Source: a virus. Taken from it: 30,952 bases of DNA. The stretch lies in UHGV virus genome UHGV-0110025; one strand, 5' to 3'. How positions within the stretch are numbered: position 1 is the first letter of the stretch; each line of letters opens with the position of its first letter. The translations under genes were made by a program, and so were the position numbers. Below, in pieces: positions 26,250-30,952 of the stretch. The notes below the pieces were generated by a model. That model was not told the origin of the DNA. It made no database searches and worked only from the letters and a program-made list of their open reading frames with translations.

Positions 26250-26312
26250 TTCCCTGGCCGGTCAGCACTGCTGGCCGGTTATTAATCCCCATTCAGAGCA
26301 GAGAAAAACATC

Positions 26313-26648
26313 ATGGCAAAAGCACCACGTAAAACCGCTGAATTTGTTGATATGGCTGGCAATGAAATTGACACCGTAAACCCGAACGTCGTGACCCTCG
26401 ACAAGCCGATTAAGCGCGCCGGTCAGACGATTGATAAAGTCACACTGATTGAGCCGAACGCCGGTACCCTGCGCGGTGTCAGTCTGGCAGCGGTGGCGCA
26501 GTCCGAAGTCGATGCGCTGATTAAGGTATTGCCACGCATGACCTACCCCGCGCTTACGGCGCAGGAGCTTACCGCAATGAACCTGCCCGATATGCTGTCG
26601 CTGGCCGCTAAGGTGATTAGTTTTTTGTCACCGGCTTCGGCGGAGTAG
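26313..26648 (+). CDS. E: Tail assembly chaperone E (P2 gpE family)
   Basis: 111-aa ORF between the tube and tape-measure genes, ending just after a slippery heptamer. Confidence 0.8.
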   Translation: MAKAPRKTAEFVDMAGNEIDTVNPNVVTLDKPIKRAGQTIDKVTLIEPNAGTLRGVSLAAVAQSEVDALIKVLPRMTYPALTAQELTAMNLPDMLSLAAKVISFLSPASAE

Positions 26649-26800
26649 ATTTCCCGCCCGACCTGTCGACCGATGACCTGATGGCGGATATCGCGGTGAT
26701 ATTCCACTGGCCGCTATCAGATCTCTATTCCCTGAGCCTGACCGAGCTCATCACATGGCGCGAAAAGGCGCTGCAGCGTAGCGGACACCACAATGAGTAA
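26621..26800 (+). other. E': Programmed -1 frameshift site (T_TTT_TTG) and E' extension giving the E+E' fusion chaperone
   Basis: Slippery heptamer TTTTTTG at 26621-26627 in the X_XXY_YYZ register of the E frame. The -1 frame is open from the slip site to TAA 26798-26800 (...DFPPDLSTDDLMADIAVIFHWPLSDLYSLSLTELITWREKALQRSGHHNE), ending at the T start. Confidence 0.65.
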
Positions 26801-29237
26801 TAACCTGAGACTTGAGGTTTTGCTGAAAGCGGTCGACCAGGCGACCCGACCGCTTAAATCCATCCAGACCGCGAGTAAAACCCTGTCGGGCGATATTCGC
26901 GACACACAAAAAGGGCTGCGTGACCTGAACGGGCAGGCCGCGAAAATCGACGGCTTTCGCAAAACCAGCGCTCAACTGGCCGTAACCGGCCAGTCGCTGG
27001 AGAAGGCAAAGCGCGAGGCTGAAGCGCTTGCCACGCAATTCAAAAATACTGAGCGCCCGACGCGAGCGCAGGCACAGGTGCTCGAATCCGCAAAACGTGC
27101 CGCCGAGGGGCTGCAGGTTAAATACAACAGCCTCACCGAGTCGGTTAAACGCCAGCAACGCGAGCTGGGTGCCGCCGGTATCAATACCCGCAATCTGGCA
27201 AACGATGAGCGGGGGCTTAAAACACGTATCAGCGAGACGACGGCGCAGCTCAACCGGCAGCGTGAAGCATTGGCGAAGGTCAGCGCACAGCAGGCGCACC
27301 TAAACCGAGTGAAAGAGCGATATAAATCGGGTAAGGAGCTTGCCGGTAACATGGCCGCTGCAGGTGCTGCCGGGGTCGGTATTGCGACAGCGGGAACGAT
27401 GGCCGGGGTTAAATTGCTGATGCCCGGTTATGACTTTGCGCAAAAAAACTCCGAGCTGCAGGCTGTGCTCGGGGTCGATAAGCAGTCGCCAGAAATGCAG
27501 GCGTTACGCAAACAGGCGCGCCAGCTCGGTGACAATACAGCCGCTTCTGCTGATGATGCAGCCAGTGCGCAGATTATCATTGCAAAAGGTGGTGGTGATG
27601 CGGCGGCTATAGCGGCCATGACACCTGTGACTCTCAACCTGTCGCTTGCAAACAAAAAAACAATGGAGGAAAACGCGCAACTGTTGATGGGGACAAAAGC
27701 CGCCTTTCAACTTTCTAATGACGCGGCTGCACATATCGGTGATGTTCTTTCAACCACGATGAACAAAACCACCGCTGATTTTCAGGGACTAAGTGACTCA
27801 TTAAGTTACCTTGCCCCTGTTGCGAAAAATGCTGGGGTGAGTCTTGAACAGGCGGCGGCGATTACCGGCACACTTCATGATAATAACATCAGGGGGTCAA
27901 TGGCTGGGACTGGCGGCGCTGCTGTTATAACGAGACTACAGGCACCCACAGGCAAAGCATACGATGCTCTCAAAGAGCTGGGAGTTAAAACCTCAGACAG
28001 CAAAGGCAATACGCGCCCGCTATTTACCATCCTGAAAGAAATGCAGGCCAGTTTTAAGCGCAACAATCTTGGTACCTCACAAAAGGCCGAGTACGTGAAA
28101 ACGATATTCGGCGAGGAGGCTATGAAGTCTGCAAGTGTCCTTATGGCGGCAGCGGCAAGCGGAAAACTCGATAAGCTAACTGCCACGATAAAGGATTCAG
28201 ACGGTAAAACAGAGGAGCTGGTCAAGGTTATGCAGGATAACCTCGGCGGCGACTTCAAGGAGTTCCAGTCAGCATATGAGGCGGTCGGCACTGACCTCTA
28301 TGACCAGCAAGATAGCTCATTGCGTCAGCTAACTCAGACAGCAACACGGTATGTGCTAAGGCTTGATGACTGGATCAAAGACAACAAGGAGTTAGCGGAA
28401 ACTATCGGCATCATCGCCGGTGGTGCGCTGGCGCTGATTGGTATCATCGGCGGCATTGGTCTCGTTGCGTGGCCGGTTGTCATGGGGATTAATGCAATTA
28501 TCGCCGCTGCTGGCGTGCTGGGTACGGTCTTTACTGTCGTCGGTAGTGCCATTGCGACAGCGCTCGGTGCGATTACCTGGCCGATAGTGGCCGTCGGTGC
28601 GGCGATTGTGGCGGGGGCGCTACTCATCCGTAAATATTGGGAGCCCATCAGCGCATTTTTCTCGGGAGTGATTGAAGGCATCATGAGTGCCTTTGCCCCA
28701 GTCGGGGAAATGTTAGCTCCACTGGCTCCCATTTTTGATGGTCTCGGCGAGAAACTGCGCGGCGTCTGGCAGTGGTTTAAAGACCTGATAGCACCGGTTA
28801 AGGCCACGCAGGAAACGCTTGATAGCTGCAAAAATGTCGGCGTCATATTTGGTCAGGCACTGGCCTCTGCCTTGATGGCTCCGCTCAATGTTTTTAACAA
28901 GCTGCGCAGCGGTGTCGACTGGCTTCTCGAAAAGCTCGGCATCATCAACAAAGAGTCGGACAGCCTCGACCAGACCGCCGCCAAAACCAATGCCGCCACA
29001 CAGGGTAATTCCTACATCCCGGCAACCAGCACATATGGCGGCTATCAGGCTTATCAGCCAGTTACCGCACCGGCGGGGCGCTCTTACATTGACCAGAGCA
29101 AAAGCGAATACAACATCAATCTGCCGGGAGGTGTTGCGCCGGGGCATCAGCTTGACAGACAACTACGCGACACGCTCGAACAGATTGAGCGCGATAAACG
29201 CGCCCGCCAGCGTGCCAACATGACCCACGACTATTGA
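26793..29237 (+). CDS. T: Tail tape measure protein (P2 gpT family)
   Basis: 814-aa ORF with a coiled-coil N-terminal part and a Gly/Ala-rich hydrophobic central region, after the E/E' chaperone pair. Confidence 0.9.
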   Translation: MSNNLRLEVLLKAVDQATRPLKSIQTASKTLSGDIRDTQKGLRDLNGQAAKIDGFRKTSAQLAVTGQSLEKAKREAEALATQFKNTERPTRAQAQVLESAKRAAEGLQVKYNSLTESVKRQQRELGAAGINTRNLANDERGLKTRISETTAQLNRQREALAKVSAQQAHLNRVKERYKSGKELAGNMAAAGAAGVGIATAGTMAGVKLLMPGYDFAQKNSELQAVLGVDKQSPEMQALRKQARQLGDNTAASADDAASAQIIIAKGGGDAAAIAAMTPVTLNLSLANKKTMEENAQLLMGTKAAFQLSNDAAAHIGDVLSTTMNKTTADFQGLSDSLSYLAPVAKNAGVSLEQAAAITGTLHDNNIRGSMAGTGGAAVITRLQAPTGKAYDALKELGVKTSDSKGNTRPLFTILKEMQASFKRNNLGTSQKAEYVKTIFGEEAMKSASVLMAAAASGKLDKLTATIKDSDGKTEELVKVMQDNLGGDFKEFQSAYEAVGTDLYDQQDSSLRQLTQTATRYVLRLDDWIKDNKELAETIGIIAGGALALIGIIGGIGLVAWPVVMGINAIIAAAGVLGTVFTVVGSAIATALGAITWPIVAVGAAIVAGALLIRKYWEPISAFFSGVIEGIMSAFAPVGEMLAPLAPIFDGLGEKLRGVWQWFKDLIAPVKATQETLDSCKNVGVIFGQALASALMAPLNVFNKLRSGVDWLLEKLGIINKESDSLDQTAAKTNAATQGNSYIPATSTYGGYQAYQPVTAPAGRSYIDQSKSEYNINLPGGVAPGHQLDRQLRDTLEQIERDKRARQRANMTHDY

Positions 29238-29250
29238 GGGGGATTAAACG

Positions 29251-29736
29251 ATGATGCTTGCTCTCGGAATGTTTGTGTTTGAACTTCGCACCCTGCCTTA
29301 CCAGTCGATGCAGCATTCGAAAGATTATCGCTGGATGTCCAATGACCGGGTGGGTAAACCACCTGCCTATCAGTTTCTTGGCGAGGGGGAAACCTCTATA
29401 CAGCTTGCTGGTACGCTATACCCCGCTATCACTGGCGGTTGGATCTCACTAAAGGCTGTAGAGGTGATGGCCAATGAAGGCAGAGCGTGGCCGTTGATAG
29501 AGGGAACCGGAAATATCCTCGGGATGTATATCGTCGATAAAGTATCGACTACACGCACCGAGTTTTTCAGTGATGGTGCGGCCAGAAAGATTGATTTCAC
29601 GCTTTCGCTAAAACGGGTTGATGAATCGCTGACAGAGATGTTTGGTGACCTGAATAAACAGGCCAGTGAGCTTCTCGGCTCTGCCGGTAATTTGACAGAT
29701 AAACTGCAGGGTATGCCCGGAGGTTTCACTGCATGA
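29251..29736 (+). CDS. U: Tail protein U (P2 gpU family)
   Basis: 161-aa ORF following T, in the conserved position. Confidence 0.85.
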   Translation: MMLALGMFVFELRTLPYQSMQHSKDYRWMSNDRVGKPPAYQFLGEGETSIQLAGTLYPAITGGWISLKAVEVMANEGRAWPLIEGTGNILGMYIVDKVSTTRTEFFSDGAARKIDFTLSLKRVDESLTEMFGDLNKQASELLGSAGNLTDKLQGMPGGFTA

Positions 29737-30902
29737 TAACGGGGATGGCAATTGACGCCGGTGCCAGCCTTGCACCGGCATTTATGTTGACGCTGAACAG
29801 CCAGGACATTACCAGCAATTTTAGTGACCGATTGATTTCTCTCACCATGACCGATAACCGGGGTTTTGAGGCTGACCAGCTCGATATTGAGCTTGATGAT
29901 ACCGACGGGAAAGTTGAGTTACCCCTGCGCGGGGCAGTGCTGACGCTGTGGCTTGGCTGGCAGGGCTCGGCGTTGCTGAATAAGGGGGATTTTACGGTCG
30001 ATGAGATTGAGCACCGGGGAGCGCCTGACACCCTGACCATCCGGGCGCGCAGCGCGGACTTTCGCGGCACGCTAAATTCCAGGCGTGAAGAGTCATGGCA
30101 TGACACCACCATCGGAGAACTGGTCAGCACCATCGCAAAACGCAATAAACTGACGGCCAGTGTCGCTGATTCACTGAAAAAAATCCCGGTACCGCATATC
30201 GACCAGTCGCAGGAGTCCGACGCGGTGTTTCTGACCCGGCTAGCTGACCGAAACGGAGCTGCGGTGTCAGTGAAAGCGGGGAAATTGCTGTTTCTGAAAG
30301 CCGGTAGTGCGATGACGGCCAGCGGCAGAGCCATCCCGCAAATGACGCTGACCCGTAGCAATGGTGACCGTCATCAATTTGCTATTGCCGACCGTGGGGC
30401 TTATACCGGCGTAACGGCAAAATGGTTGCACACTAAAGACCCGAAGCCGCAAAAGCAAAAAGTGACGCTGAAACGCCAGCCAAAAGAGAAACACCTACGC
30501 GCACTGGAGCACCCGAAAGCAAAGCCTGTCAGCAAAAAGACAAAGGCCAAAAAAGAGCAGGAGGCTCGCGAGGGTGAGTATATGGCCGGTGAAGCCGATA
30601 ACGTGCTGGCGCTGACAACGGTCTACGCATCAAAGGCGCAGGCGATGCGTGCCGCTCAGGCTAAGTGGGATAAACTGCAGCGAGGCGTTGCGGAGTTTTC
30701 AATCACACTGGCGCTAGGGCGAGCGGATTTATTTCCTGAGACGCCTGTACGTGTGTCGGGCTTTAAGCGCGTAATAGACGAACAGGTATGGTTAATCAGT
30801 AAAGTAACTCACATTCTGAATAATAGTGGCTTCACGACGGGGTTAGAGCTTGAGGTTAAGCTATCTGATATAGAGTACAGCTCAGAGGAAAGCGAAATAT
30901 AA
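29733..30902 (+). CDS. D: Tail protein D (P2 gpD family)
   Basis: 389-aa ORF overlapping the U stop, last gene of the tail operon within the window. Confidence 0.85.
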   Translation: MITGMAIDAGASLAPAFMLTLNSQDITSNFSDRLISLTMTDNRGFEADQLDIELDDTDGKVELPLRGAVLTLWLGWQGSALLNKGDFTVDEIEHRGAPDTLTIRARSADFRGTLNSRREESWHDTTIGELVSTIAKRNKLTASVADSLKKIPVPHIDQSQESDAVFLTRLADRNGAAVSVKAGKLLFLKAGSAMTASGRAIPQMTLTRSNGDRHQFAIADRGAYTGVTAKWLHTKDPKPQKQKVTLKRQPKEKHLRALEHPKAKPVSKKTKAKKEQEAREGEYMAGEADNVLALTTVYASKAQAMRAAQAKWDKLQRGVAEFSITLALGRADLFPETPVRVSGFKRVIDEQVWLISKVTHILNNSGFTTGLELEVKLSDIEYSSEESEI

Positions 30903-30952
30903 AAAAGCAAATCATAACTTGCAAATGCAATTTTAGAGTTTATTATTCCCTC

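Noticed and set aside
1-30952. CRISPR arrays, rRNA or tRNA genes, IS elements
   Set aside because: No regularly spaced direct repeats, no rRNA- or tRNA-like sequence, and no transposase-like ORF or terminal inverted repeats were seen. The only recombinase is the phage integrase.

Overview
This window is almost entirely a P2/186-family temperate myovirus prophage, read from the integrase end (left) to tail gene D (right); identifications rest on reading the supplied translations and the DNA directly, with no database search. Gene order: int, an exported-protein moron, a 186-type cI, then the divergent early operon (apl/cox-like, cII, fil, small ORFs, TraR-like zinc finger, replication initiator A), an AT-rich accessory island with a LexA box, the cos site, portal Q and terminase P on the minus strand, then the capsid, lysis and tail operons O-N-M-L-X-Y-K-lysB/lysC-R-S, V-W-J-I-H-G and FI-FII-E(E')-T-U-D. 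Three AT-rich insertions interrupt the conserved backbone and are the best candidates for an undescribed accessory or defence system: (i) an overlapping two-gene operon at 7347-8947 just before cos, with no recognisable motifs; (ii) a single HExxH-motif gene at 9312-10316 between cos and Q; (iii) a minus-strand cassette at 19198-20407 between S and V, encoding a multi-pass membrane protein overlapping a HIT (histidine-triad) superfamily protein. Other notable points are a cI with a tandemly duplicated HTH domain facing 21-bp-spaced direct-repeat operators, a near-consensus LexA box upstream of a small Tum-like ORF, a P2-like 19-nt cos sequence, the E/E' slippery heptamer, and a low-GC tail-fibre tip cassette. 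No rRNA, tRNA or CRISPR array was seen.
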